Of a stretch of 64,000 nt of DNA, positions 1 to 14,660 are shown in pieces (positions within the stretch are counted from its first letter, which is position 1; the number at the start of each line of letters is the position of its first letter). The translations under genes were made by a program, and so were the position numbers. The DNA lies in assembly GCF_009914755.1 (NCBI RefSeq), contig NC_060929.1; one strand, 5' to 3'. Under the pieces are notes generated by a model. The model searched no databases and was not told where the DNA came from. It was given only the letters and a program-made list of their open reading frames with translations. Source of the DNA: the human T2T-CHM13v2.0 reference genome, Homo sapiens.

Positions 1-1349
1 GCCTCCTGGGACTCGATGGGAGGTACCCAATTTAAGGTCACAATAGAATAGAATGGAAGTTACTCATCCAGAGAATCTTTCAGAAGTGTTCTAGCTAAAT
101 CTTGATAGGGTACAAGCAATTAAAGTTTCCCAAGAGAAATAATCATTTAAGAATTCCCAATAAAGTATGGCATGTAGAATCAGGGCTAAAATTTCCACTG
201 CCTGATGCTATTAAGTACTAAGGTCTCAGAATAGGCCAAGATTATCCAATATCCTAATTAAAAGTGGGATCAGCAACGCCAAAACTAACCACCAAGTGGA
301 CAGATGACTAATTGCCCAGATGACAATACTGATATCTGGACTCAAGAGACTGCTGATGAAACTCCATGAGGAAGTTAGATCCTAATGCACAGCAATGTCT
401 GTTCTTCACCCTATGCACTCACGACAGACAGTCTCACCCTGCTCTGCCTTTCTCAGCAGCTAGTCCAAGAGGGAGACAAAGAAATGGTTCAGGTATGAAA
501 GAGCCAGGTTGTCTCTGTGCAAAGCCATGTGTCCCAGTGGAATGCCCTCACTGAATATGCTGCAATCACACTTATTTTTCAGCTGGAGTAAAGGAAAGCA
601 CGTAATAAGGGTCCATATTCTCCATTCCTTCTTTTAATCCGTGTAGATAACTCAACAATTCCTTTATGGACCTGTGTGACTTCATTCCTCTTTAGTCTTC
701 TCCCACACCTGATCTGAGGTTGCTCTCCTCCACCTCCAGCAATAAAACTGCCAAGTATGCAGTAAGAAGTGAAGTGCAAGACAAGCAGCCTTTATTTTCC
801 CTTGGATTATCTGGCGGTAAGTGTCCACATGATAAAATAGCACTGAAACATGAGCAAAAATGTTTGCAGAAAAGTGGACTCACATTGTCGGGCTTAATCT
901 GAGACATCAGGGAATTCTAGCATAATTCTTCACATGGGCCCTGAGCTGTTTAAAGATCACACACACTCTGCTACTAACCTCCTGAATATACCAATCCCCA
1001 TTGCTCAGAAAAGCTGAACCCAGAGCTACTGTTTCACCATTTCAGATTCTCCAGGAGAAGTACTAAGTTATGGCCACCATTTCCCAGGTGAGCAAAAGGC
1101 ATGAAAAGATTACCTTACTGAAACATCACTGCAACAAAACACAGCTCTGGTATGCTCTAAGAAGCCAAGAAAAATCCCAGCTGGTTTTATTGCAGCAACA
1201 CATTCAGTTCTCCACTCAACAAATCACAACTAGACCCACTGTTCAGTGAACAAGGTAAATTCTTACACATCAGGAAGCTTCAACAGACTTGGACCAGATT
1301 CACTCATCTCCCCAATTCCTCACCTTCCAGGTTTACATGTTGCCATTAC

Positions 1350-1615
1350 CTGTATAAGTGACGATTGTCTTCAAAATCTTCCTCACCCCATTTTCCCTTG
1401 ATGTCTTCAATAACGTGATTCTTCAGGAATTTTTTTAGCAGCTGGACCGTTTGTTTGCGGGTCACTTCAGGGCCGAAGTTTTGACTGCACCTCAGCAGCT
1501 CATGCAGCCAATCCACAGCTTCGGCCGCTGTGAAACAATGCTCATAGCTCTTGAAACGACAGCGATGTTTCCGTAACGGCATCTTAGCACGAAAAAGCTC
1601 CACGGTCTCATTCCA
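1350..1615 (-). CDS. DEPDC1B: DEPDC1B coding exon 2 (DEP domain), 266 bp
   Basis: Translates [41 protein letters not shown]...[10 protein letters not shown] acceptor (ct 1616-1617) with pyrimidine tract; GT donor (ac 1348-1349). In frame with exon 1. Confidence 0.97.
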
Positions 1616-1789
1616 CTAGGGGAAAGAAAGAGAATGGCATTTAGTAATCAACTGATTTTTTTAAGATTACTACATCTCAAATAATTAAAGCAAAGAATGC
1701 AATTTTTCCACTTAAACTGCTTTAATAACAGGTAGAGCCTTGAAAATGTTTTATTTACAGGCTTCAAACTCTAATAAAGAAAAGTTTGG

Positions 1790-1907
1790 CAGAATGGATG
1801 GTGGCAATGGCTGTACAACACTGTGAATGTTCTTAGTGCCATAGAACTATATATATAAAAAACAGTTAAAATAGTTTTATATTATATATATTTTACCATA
1901 ATTAAAA
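1790..1907 (+). mobile_element. L1M (L1MB-like) 3' end fragment
   Basis: atggatggtggcaatggctgtacaacactgtgaatg...ttttaccataattaaaa. Confidence 0.65.
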
Positions 1908-1920
1908 CAAAAATAAAAAC

Positions 1921-2214
1921 TTTTTTTTTTTTGAGATAGAGTCTAGCTTTGTCGCCCAGGCTGGAGTGCAGTGGCGTGTCTCTGCTCACTGCAACCTCCG
2001 CCTCCCAGGTTCAAGCAATTCTCCTGCCTCAGCCTCCCGAGAATCTGAGATTACAGGCGCCCACCACCATGCCCAGCTAATTTTTGTATTTTTAGTAGAG
2101 ATGGAGTTTCACCATGTTGGTCAGGGTGGTCTCGAACTCTTGATCTCAAGTGATCCAGCCGCCTCAGCCTCCCAAAGTGCTGGAATTACAGGAGTGAGCC
2201 ACTGCACCCGGCCT
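1921..2214 (-). mobile_element. AluS
   Basis: Poly-T followed by a full Alu reverse complement. Confidence 0.95.
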
Positions 2215-2749
2215 CAAAAATAGAAACTATTGATAGGAAAAAAAACTGTAAAGAAAATGCAGCTTTTCAAGGGTGGTTCATCATTTATTCATTCAAGAAA
2301 TATTATTTATTGAGGAGATTGCCATCAAGTTGTCCTATTAATGGATTTTTACATAAACAAAGAACATACAGTAAATAATGATTAAAACTAAGCCCACTGT
2401 GCAAACTTTGCTTTTTGGAGTCCCCTGTTTAATGACTTTACCTTCATTCAGCAAATATTTCTAGGTTGCTTATTATGTGAAAGGCATTGTAGGAGGAGGA
2501 GGAAAAGAGATGAAAAAGATAATACAGTGCCTGATGTCAAACAGCTCAAGGCCACAAAGATAAACCTTTGAAAAGTGATGAGCCAGTTTTTGCTTACATG
2601 CAAAACAAAGCTTTTTGAAAGAATAGCTACTAGATACCTCAAATAATATATATTAGTTTAAAACTACCTCATGGTTCCTTTGAAAGGACCTAGAAGTTTA
2701 AGTGTGCATGACATCTTCAGATACCACACTGAAAAGTAGACTGGGTAGA

Positions 2750-2970
2750 GAGAGCTCAGGCTCTGAAGTCAAACACTGCTGGGTTGAGAGGCCTATTCTA
2801 CAACTGACCAGCAGGGCAAACTGACTCATTGCTAGACAAGCCTCCATTACTCCCGGTGTAATGCAGTACCCACATGACAGGGTTGTTACAAAGACCAGAT
2901 GAGATAATGTTGATGCAGCCTATCACAGTGTCTGTCACGAAAGAAGTGCTTAATAAACATTAGCCATTAT
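2750..2970 (+). mobile_element. MIR
   Basis: ctctgaagtcaaac...gggttgttac...atgagataatg...gtgcttaataaacattagc. Confidence 0.7.
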
Positions 2971-4147
2971 AGCATCATTGCTGCTGTATTTATTAATATT
3001 ATCAGGGTGGATGTGGCTGTCAGAGCTGAGTGAGTACGTTGGAAAGACCCCAGAATGGAGTCTCCATTGGCCATTAGTCCAGCCTCTGCCAATAACTATG
3101 TGGCTTTGGTGCAGTTAACACTTTTCTCTAGGAATTTGTCCTAAATAAAAATATGGCCCTAGAAGCTCAAAAAATCTCAGATTTTGGGAGTCAAAAATCA
3201 TGGAAATTAAAATGAGAGGTCTGCTAAGAAACAGCACACCACACACTGATTGGATCCACGTCAGTTAAGTCCAGGGAATATATATCCCATTGCTTCCACT
3301 TTATTTAGGAACCTCGTTTTGTCAAATCAAGTACATACTAACTCACTGTAATACACTGCTGGCCATGCTCACCACACAATGATCCTAATCTTCAAGTATA
3401 AGAAACACTGGACCACTTCAGGATAACAGAATCAATCCCTGAGGAATGGGGAAAACATGAGGTATGGAGTCAGACTTGAGTTCAAATCCCAGTTCTGCCA
3501 TATACTGGTTGCACAGGCCCTGGCACATGGTTGAGAACTAAAAAAAATCCAGTTTCCTTCCACTACAAGATGCCACTAGGCGGCAGGTGAACTGCCATGT
3601 CTCATAGCATCCTTGAAGACAAAAACCAGATGTCTCTCTTAAATGTTACTTTCAAATAACTTCATGACAATTCAGCTTCTTTCTCCTTATATCTGTGAAG
3701 TTATATCAGTGAGGAGGAAATCAGGAAGCAAATAAATGACTTTTTTGTTCTCATTAGACTATATATAATATGTCCCAAACTTGTGTCCCCATTGTGTCTT
3801 TGTATATATGTAATCCTCATAATAACCATCTTTCAGAAGGAATTAAGAAATTTACTCAAATCTACCCAGCTAATAAGTGGTAGAACCAATTTGTATATTC
3901 AAATCTGTATCTTGAATTTTAACAAATCTATGTTCTACCTACAGTCTGCTGAAAATACAAAAATGTTAAAGGGAAATAATAGTCTCATCTCCATATTGTT
4001 TTAAAGCTAGCTCTAGAAAAGAATCTCATAAGTACTTGTTTAATAAATGCTTATATAAGATGTGATCTCTTTTTTTTTTTCAGCCACTTTACTTTTAGGG
4101 ATTCACCATGTAGAAGCAGAAATATAACGGATTAAAAAGCATTTACA

Positions 4148-4451
4148 GGCCAGGTGCAGTGGCTTACACCCCTAATCCCAGCACTTTGAGAGGATGAGGT
4201 GGGCAGGTCACTTGAACCAAGGAGTTCGAGACCAGCCTGGGCATCATGGGGAAACCCCATTTCTACAAAAAATTTAAAAATTGGCCAGGTGTAGTGGTGT
4301 GTGCCTGTAGCTGCAGCTACTTGGCAGACTGAGCGGGGAGGCTGAAGTGGGAGGATCACTTGAGCCTGGGAGGTCAAGACTGCAGTAAGCCATGATTGCA
4401 CCACTGCCTTCCAGCCTGAGCGACAGAGTAAGACCCTGTCTCAAAGAAAGA
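4148..4451 (+). mobile_element. AluJ
   Basis: Full Alu with J-type right arm; TSD aaaag(c/t)atttaca. Confidence 0.93.
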
Positions 4452-4576
4452 TAAAAGTATTTACAAGTTAAATTTTATTTAAACATGTTGAATTATATTT
4501 AATAAACCTGAAGTGTTTTTTCAGAGAAAGCATTTATAAGCATTTTATATACTTATAAACATAAGTATATTTATGC

Positions 4577-4644
4577 TTTATAATCAGAGAAAAATTAGAA
4601 CTAATTTGCCATTTTATAATCAGAGAAAAACTAGAACTAATTTG
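4577..4644. repeat. Tandem duplication, period 36 bp
   Basis: tttataatcagagaaaaa(t/c)tagaactaatttg at 4577-4608 and 4613-4644. Confidence 0.9.
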
Positions 4645-5422
4645 AATAAAATTGACTGAAGCGTGGAATAGCCACAAAACAAAATACTATCAATAGTTCC
4701 AGACAGAAATAGATATCATAAATATAACAAAGTGGAAGAAAAACGTACAAAACACTATATATAATCTGATCCTATCTGCTTTGGTATATGCATATGAAAA
4801 GCTAAATGAATATACAACAAACTTAAAAATAAAGGAAAGTCATCTCTTTTGAAGAAGGAATATAAGGCAACTTTTATTGTGTAACATATTTCTAATTTCT
4901 TTCTACATAATTATTTCAACATCTTTTTAGGAACGTAGGCTCCCTGCCAGTCCTCCTAAAGTCCTTAAAATTCATAGTCATATTCTCATTTTCTCTTACT
5001 CTTCTCTTTCAAGTCTGTCACTTTATAAACTCCGAATCTTTTGTCTCTCACCTCTCTTCCTATTTAAATCAGATTTTTCTGACGTCATCTTTTTCTTTAA
5101 ACTGTATTTCTGATCTCAGAGTTGTTTTTTGTTTGTTTTGCTTGTTTGTTTGTTTTTGCCCAACCTTGGGTCATGTTTTCCCTTCTAATCATGACTTTTC
5201 TTCCAGATTTCTCTTCATACTCTCTGCTGCCCAACCACCTGAGAAACTATTATCCTATTTCTCTTTTATTTTTGATGGCTAACCTTCTCAGCCACATTCA
5301 TAATTCCTGAGCATACAACAGCAGGAGCTTGAGGGACAGAAGTGGGGTTTGTGTATGCATGTACCCCGGATGTGTAGCACAGTGTGTGACCCACACTAGG
5401 TAGTCAATAAGCAAGTGCTTAA

Positions 5423-5738
<316 letters not shown>

Positions 5739-5929
5739 CACTTTTTCTACTTTTTTTAACCAACTTCTCAACCTCAAGAAATTTAATCCCACTAATTGCT
5801 AGTCATGTCTTCCTCCTGGCCAAACTGAAATAGCTTTTTATTCTTACGTTAATCTTTCTACTTCTTTTGACACTGTTGTGAGTCATGCTCCAAATTAAGT
5901 TAGTCCAAATTTAAAATCTTTTTTAACTT

Positions 5930-7540
5930 AAAAACACACAGAAACAAGGCAAGCCACTGAGTAGGATAAGATATATCTATCATTTCCAAACAAAACAAAA
6001 AAAATCAATAAGAAAAAGACATTCCAATTACAAAATGAAAAAAAAATTTAAACAGGTATATCATAAAAAAAAAGATCTTCAAATGTCCTATAACATATAC
6101 AAAGATGTTAAACCTCATTAATTATCAGTGCAATGTAAAAGAACTCGACAAGTCAATATCACAACATGGCTGTCAGAATAACTAAAATGAAAGACAGGTG
6201 GATCTACTGATCCCACTTTTGGGTATTTGCCCAAAACATTTGAAGTCAAGATGTCAAAGAGATGTCTGCACTCCCATGTCATTTACTATTTACAAGAGCT
6301 AAGTTATGGAATCAACCTAAAAGTCCATCAACAGATAAATGAATAAAGAAAATGTGGTATACATATACAATATAATACTATTCAGCCTTTAAAAAAAGAA
6401 AGAAATGTTGTCATTTGCAACGACATGGATGGAAGTGGAGAACATTATACCAAGTGAAATAAGCCAGGAACAGAAAAACAAATAATGCCTATTCTCATTT
6501 ATACGTGGAATCTAAAACAATTGAGTTCAAAGAGGCAAAAAGCAGAATGGTGGTAACCAGAGGCTGAGGGGAGTGGGGAACGGGGAGATAATGGTCAAAA
6601 GGTACAAAGCCTCAACTAGACAGGAAATTATCTTTTTTATTTGAGATATCTTGACATCATGGTGAAGATATTAATAATAATGTACTTTCAAAATCTGAGA
6701 GTAAATTGCAAGTGTACAACAAAAAAATGTTAAGTATTTGAGGTGATGGATATGGTAATTAGCTTGATTTAATTATTCCATTGAATTCGTAAATCATAAC
6801 ATCATTTTGTACCCTATGAATATATACAACTATAATTTGTCAGTTTACAACTTACAAAACTAAAATTTTTTTTAGAGACCTAAAAAATAAGAAAAAAGGT
6901 AGGCAACACTAAGTGCTGGTAAGAATGTGAAAGAACTAGAAATCTCATACACTGCTGTAAGGAATGTAAATTGGTGCGACCAGTTTGGAAAACAGATTGG
7001 CAATATCTACAAAAGCTAAATATCTGAACACCTTATAACTCAGCAATTCTACTCCTAAGCATATACCCAACAGAAATCCATATATATGCTCCCCAAAAGA
7101 CACATTATTCATAATGGCACTATCCATAATAGGCAGAAACAACCCAAATGTCCATCAACATAATAAGTTATAATATATTCACCAATAGAATGCAGTGAAA
7201 ATGAACGAACTATTGCTACATGCCATAACATAAATGAATCTCAGAAAATAATATTGAGATGAACAGGCCACATATGAAAAGTAAATACTATATGATTCCA
7301 TTTACTTGAAGCTCAAAAGCAGGCCAAACGATCCATGATATTTAAAATAATGATAGCAGTTACCTTCATAAGGAGGTAGGGACCAAGTGGGGGAAAGGAG
7401 ACTTCTGCGGTGCTAGTAATATGATATTCCTTGATCTGAATGTTGGTTACATGGGATGCTCACTTTATGAAAATTTGTTGAGTTGTACACTTTTTATACA
7501 ACTCAACAAATTTTTTGAGCATTTTTCTGTACATTATGCC
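5930..7540 (+). mobile_element. Old L1M 3' region with a nested L1MA-like 3' end (~6200-6865)
   Basis: L1 3' motifs occur twice (caacctaaaagtccatcaacag; ggaaaacagattggcaat...cagcaattctactcc). Confidence 0.75.
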
Positions 7541-8559
7541 TAATTAACACCTAAAAACAAAAACACATACATACACATATGCACATGTTCACATACTAAA
7601 ATTATTACCCACATGAAAGTTGGCAAATATGAACTGGTTGGTTGGGGTGGTAAACTGGATGTGGAAGAGAGTAGGGAGGTTGGAGAAGAAACCAAGTGAG
7701 TGGATGAAGGAGGGAAAGTATGTAAACAGGAAAAGCAGAGCAAAGGCTAAATAATGAATAGTAGAAAGGAAGCCCATAAAGAGTCCAAGAACGCTGATTT
7801 AACTTCTCTACCTATCCACCCACTTTACAAGGTTATTGTAAGATCAAATGAGATCATGACTATAAAAGTCCTTTGTTAAAAATGCGTTCCTCAAATTTAA
7901 GGATAATATATAAAATGTCCAGGATATCTCTTAAATTATAAGGTTCAATCTATTCTAGAGCTGGAAAAAATCTTTGGGACAAAATCAAGACCTTAGCAGG
8001 ATACACAACTTAGCAAATGTCATTCAGGTACTTAGTCTGTGAATAAGATCTGGAATCCTGTGCTACGGACTTTTCTTCAAGTAGTCATTTCACTATACCA
8101 AGTACCTATGGATATTACCATACCTTTAAACAATTTTCACATATTTTTAATCATTGATTATTGATTTTTTTAATACATGCCCTGATACCTAGCTTTCATT
8201 TATCATTAGATTGTTGTACCGAAAAGGCATAATCAAGTATGTAGGGCCGGGGGAAGGGGTAATAAAAAAGATTTTTGTTTATGTTGGTTGAACAATCATA
8301 ATCATGAACTAAAATTACCTAATGCATAATACCTTATGCATTACATAAACATAATGAAGGCATGGCTCTCTGGGACCCAATATTTCCAAATATCACTAGG
8401 TATATCCACTAATTGACCCAGTCTGGTTAGCAGTTCTGTTGTTCTTTTAATTACAGAAGTAATAACACTCATTGAAACAAACAAATTAAATACAGAAGTA
8501 TACACAAAAGAGTTTGCATGTCTTACTCCATACCTATCACATACAGACACATAGACAGA

Positions 8560-9540
8560 ATTTTTCCTTTGTAGGTGTGTCATTTATTGTTGTTTGCCAT
8601 TTTAAAAAATGAGATCAATCATGTTGTATATGTTATCCTAAAACACGCTTTTGCACCTAACAGATACCTCCCTGCGTCATACCTGCAGATCTAGCCCATT
8701 CTTAAGAATGTGCCATAATTTATTCTGCCATTTTCTAACAAATGGTCATCCAAGTTCTGCCCAGTTCAATTTTTACAAATATGTTACAAGTTATACTTGT
8801 TTATATAACCTAAAGTACCAAGGCTTTTGTTTACTTTTGATAGACTTCTAAAAAGTATCAGCATATTTAAATCAGTTGTAGCAATTCACACTTCCACCAA
8901 CAATGTGGGAGCCTAAAGCCTTACACTTTGGCCTACACTAGATGTTATCATTTCTTTCATTTCTGCCAATCTATGTAAAAGAAATGATAGATCCATATTT
9001 TGTTTGCATTTTCATATCTTTACCTTTAGTCATATTCATTTCTTCTTCTGAGATTTGCCATTTTTCTATTGGGTTATCTCTTTTTTAAAATCAATTTTAA
9101 GAACTGTTTAATCTGTTAATGTTTAAAGGGCACAGAAGTCAGGAAAGTTAATCGATTTTGTTCAGCTCAATATCCTCACAACAAAGACCAGTGCCTGACA
9201 TATAGTATACCCATTTAATATGTACTGATGAATATAGAATATTAAACCTTTTTGTTATATGTTACAAATGTTTTATCTTAGCCTATCAATTTCTTTACAT
9301 AGTCTCTAGCTATACAATGATTTTGTTGTAGATGTTGATGTTTTTATAAGGAAATAATTATCTATTTTCTTTATCAGTTCAGGGTTTATTCTCTTAAGAA
9401 AGCTTCCCTATCCTGAGGTATTAAAATATTTATCAAAATTTCCTTTTAATATTTTAGAGGGTATGTTTTTTAATATGTAAACCTTTAACTGAATTTTATA
9501 TGGTGGGAGGCAGGGGATCTCTATTTTTTTCTGGATGGAG
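8560..9540 (-). mobile_element. Old L1M fragment(s)
   Basis: Antisense L1 motifs such as caattcacacttccaccaacaatgtggg; highly diverged. Confidence 0.55.
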
Positions 9541-9543
9541 AGT

Positions 9544-9975
9544 TGTGTTAGTCCATTCTTGCGTTGCTGTAAAGAAATACCTGACACTGGGTAATTTATA
9601 AAGGAAAGAGGTTTAATCAGCTTACGGTTCTGCAGAGTGTACAAGAAACATGGTGCCAGCATCTGCTCAGTTTCTGGTGAGGCCTCAGGAAGCTTTTATT
9701 CAAGGCAGAAGGTGAAGCGGAAGCAGGCAGAAGGAGGCACATAACACAGCAAGGGGGGAACAAGAGAGAGTGAGGGACAGGGTGCCACACTTTTAAACAA
9801 TCAGATCGCACATGAACTCAGAGTGAATACTCACTCATTGTCATGAGGACAGCAACAGGCCATTCATGAGTGATCTGCCCCAGTGACCCAAACACCTCCA
9901 CTAGGCCCCACCTCCAACACTGTGGATTACATTTCAACATGAGATTTGGAGGGGATAAACGTCCAAACCATATCA
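9544..9975 (-). mobile_element. MST-type MaLR solo LTR
   Basis: tg...ca termini; MST consensus motifs; 5-bp TSD AGAGT (9539-9543 / 9976-9980). Confidence 0.92.
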
Positions 9976-10141
9976 AGAGTCAATTATGCCATGCTTTTCT
10001 AAATGAACAGAAATATTATTAAGTAACCTTACATATCACACTTCTTGATTGTTTCTATCCCACTGAGCGACTATCTGTTCCTGTGTAATATCATACAGTT
10101 GTCATTACAGTCAATTAATACCAAGTATAAATCCCTGGTAG

Positions 10142-10482
<341 letters not shown>

Positions 10483-12609
10483 GTGAAAATTTCTTTTTGT
10501 GAAGTTCATTTCTTTTTGTGAGGGAAAACTTTTTTCAGTTCTCAGAATTTTACTCTTCAGCATGAGCTTTCAATTCATTGCATTCTCCCACACAGGAAAA
10601 AAAAATCCATTAGGATTCAGAATGGATTAACTGCTCTATTGCTACTGACTTTTATTTCATACTAGAAAATGTCTAATAAAACATCTTTATCAAAGTCTCA
10701 TTGCCCCTTTTAAAAAGAGCATTTATAAATAGACTTTTGAATTTACTCATTTTGATTTTGAATGGCATTTATCATTATGGGTTATATTTCCTTAATATAT
10801 GAAATACTTTAGATTTTTTAAAGCCTACTGAGGTCACTTTGGTCTCTGTTCCCACTTATTTCCAAATATAACTAAGGGGTTATTTGGCTACTCTGCTCAG
10901 AAAGAAAAATAAGTATCTTTAAATAATCTAACAATATACCATTCTCAGTCACTTTTGGAAACAAAATATCCTCTGTCAATAAATAACAAGAAAGAGCTTG
11001 AGTTTTTTTTTCATGACATTATATTTGAAGAGAATCTTTACAACAAATGGAACAAAACAGATTTGTTTTATGATTTTAAAACACTTTTTGTTTTGCTCTA
11101 CTTATTAATTTCAGTCCCCTAGTTTCTCAGGAAAAAATAAAATCACACAATTGTTTTTTCTTAACATGATGAGGCAAACTATAAGACATACACCTACTGC
11201 TGTGCATCCTGTTCTTTTCTCCAGGATATTCCATTTCATTTCTTCTTAGTACCAAAAATATTATGATAGCGGTGCTATAAAGAAAACTGACTGGTCTGGG
11301 AGTTCAGTGACAACCACTCCTAGATCTACTTGCACTTGCCACAACCTCGTTGTGTGATCTTGCCATTCTAACTCTCAGATTCAATGAAAGCTGTATGTCT
11401 TTTAAAATTTATCAGTTGCATCAGACCATATATATAACTCAGAATAAGTTCAAAGATTTAAGCAGTTTCTAGAAAAAAAATTTTTCTCTCTACTTGAATG
11501 AACTATTTATACCAAGTTTACAAAGATGAAAGTTATTTCAGTGAAAATGTATAAATGGATAACTAGCTTCACATTTATCATGAGTTGGGGCTGTCATTTG
11601 ACTTTTGTCATAACATTTTACCTAATCCACAAAATGTTATTTTCAAATAAGACTTTGGTGCTTTAGAAAAAGCACCAAAGAGCTTTTTCTAAAGCTGTAC
11701 ATGCTTTGAGAAAGTAAAGTGAGCCATGAAAGGAGAAAATAAAGGCCTAGTTTTTGTATCCCAATAGATTTTTACCAAGCTTCCCCTGAAGAAAGTTTAG
11801 AATGAGCATGATGGGAAAAGGGAGAAACTGTATGCTGCAGATAGAGGGAGGAAAGGCCAACTAGGTCCAACAAGTAAAAAGAGGACTAGTCTCAAACTAT
11901 TAAATATATGATTTACCTAGCAAAAGCTTTAAGTCACAGCTGAATTACACTGGGGAAACAATTACAGACTTTACAATGGAAAGAAGCATCTTCAATGTTG
12001 GCTGCAATCACTGACAGCAGGAATACTCACTTTTGAAAAAAAAAATTGGCTATTGTTTTCTGTTTTCCACATCTTAGTTTAATATTATGTTCCTCAAACA
12101 CTATGAAGTTGAGAACTGAATTGATTACCTGGGAAATTCTGGTGAAACTGAGGTGTTTGTTTCATTAATTATCCATGTCATTTATCTTCTTAACTTAATC
12201 AACCTAAATTTAGCCTGAATATTATTTGTTAGGGACTGAAGACTTCTAGAGAGCAGAGAGCACCTTTTTTTAATTAAACAAATTCCTTTGATAATATTTT
12301 AATGTGACTCAAGAATCCAGCACTATCTATATATGGACCCTCTGCATCCATGAAAAGAAGTACCTCATACAATTCTGTGAATATGAGACTAAAATACAAT
12401 TCCAATTATGAGGTATTTTTTTTTTAGTCTAATGCAGGAAGAATGAAGACTAGTCACGTCAAGAACCACAGCCTTGCTATGTTTTCCTTGTGTAAGTGCT
12501 GTAAATAAATTGGTGAAGGGAATGATCAAATGCCTTATTTTCCTCCCTAAAGTTAGACTTATCAATATTCTTGACCCCAGATCATTCTGGTGTCTATACT
12601 GTATAGAGT

Positions 12610-13302
<693 letters not shown>

Positions 13303-14481
13303 TTAAATCATGTAAAATTTCATGAGTATGTGCCATGTGCAGTTTTCTGTGAAGAAGATCCTTAATCTTCATCAGATTCTCAAAGCGATCTATGAGCCAA
13401 ATTTAAAAAGTAAAGACCCATCAGCCCCAACTATGATTTCTCTTCCAGAAGCTGGCCTTCTCAGCTCTGGCTTGACTTACTGGTATAGTGTGTGGCTGGC
13501 TTTGGAAAGAAAAGGAAACTCTATTTACATTATCTGTATCCCAGCATCCTCACCTCTTCCATGAGTCTAGCTGAGTAAGAGTTTGGATGTTAGTTCCCAT
13601 CTTTTCCTGTGTATTCATTATAATGCATGGAACTATGAGAGTAATTCCCATGTTAAATGTGGCCAGAGAGGTCGGCAGACCAAGGAGCAAGTTACTGTCC
13701 TCCCAAATTACCATTACACTTCCACAGAAAGTCCTCTAAAAACTTGCCACAGACATTACCAAACTGTCACCCTTTATTGCATATAGTAAGCCTTTGAGGT
13801 AGAAATCACTAAAATTACTTGTTCCAAGTCAAAGCAGACCAAGTACACCTCAATACCAAAGCTTTTCTCCCAGAAAAAAAAAAAAAAAAAAAAAAAAACA
13901 GGAACTCAGAGTCGGCAAAGACTCTCCTAAAACATCTGTCCTGGCCAGCTCTTCATCTGGATCGGTGCTGACAGAAACAGAAACGCCAGGGGCCGGAAAT
14001 GTGGCCAGCGCGATGCCCCTCTGTTCTGGGCACCGTTTGTTCGAATACCTCGTCAGGTATCATCAGGTGTCACTCAGGAAGGAGACACGCCCTGCCTGGA
14101 CTGCCGCGAACGCTGAGCGTTACGGGGTACGTGGTGGCCCCTCAGGTTACCGACCGGGTCGGTTAGATTCCAGAGGACAAAAGGCAGGGAACAGCCTGGT
14201 CTTGGGGTCTTTAAACAGAGAGGCGCCATCTACTGCCGAGAACCCAGTCAACATCTCATGGACAAAGCTGCACTAACCCCCGGCCGGCTGAGCTCTGGGC
14301 CCCGTTAGCCTTTCTTTGAGGCTCGTCCACTAAAAGGCAGCCCCAGTAGTCCCAGCTGAAATGCTCCACACCCGAGCCCCGCTGGCCTGCGGAAGCGAAG
14401 ACTGACAAGCACTCTGTCCGCGCGCTGACTGGGGGCTCGCGGCACCGGGTGCTCCGCCCAGGCCCCAGCACACTCACTCAC

Positions 14482-14529
14482 CAGCCTGGTAGCTCGGTAC
14501 GGCCCGGGCCCCACGATGCGATGCTCCAT
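14482..14529 (-). CDS. DEPDC1B: DEPDC1B coding part of exon 1 (MEHRIVGPGPYRATRL)
   Basis: ATG at 14529 in strong Kozak context (GCCATGG); 16 codons; GTGAGT donor at 14476-14481; phase 0 joins exon 2. Confidence 0.97.
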
Positions 14530-14594
14530 GGCGCGTAGGCAGCAGCGGCCGCAGCCGCGCCAGCGCTGATCCCCGCCAGCCGGAGGAGCAGCAG

Positions 14595-14660
14595 TTTGAA
14601 TCCCAAGCCCGCGGGCTGCGGGCGCTGATTGGGCGGCGCGGCAGCACGTCACCGGAAATG
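14595..14660 (-). promoter_or_regulatory. Cell-cycle-type core promoter motifs: CHR TTTGAA (14595-14600), CCAAT (ATTGG 14628-14632), GC box (14631-14636), CRE-like TGACGTG (14645-14651), ETS-like CCGGAAAT (14652-14659)
   Basis: Motifs read directly; CHR plus NF-Y is the architecture of DREAM/MMB-regulated G2/M genes. Confidence 0.7.

Noticed and set aside
366-907. Short ORFs in DEPDC1B intron 2 (e.g. 579-779 minus)
   Set aside because: No recognisable homology and no convincing splice-site pair; they do not match the recalled continuation of DEPDC1B.
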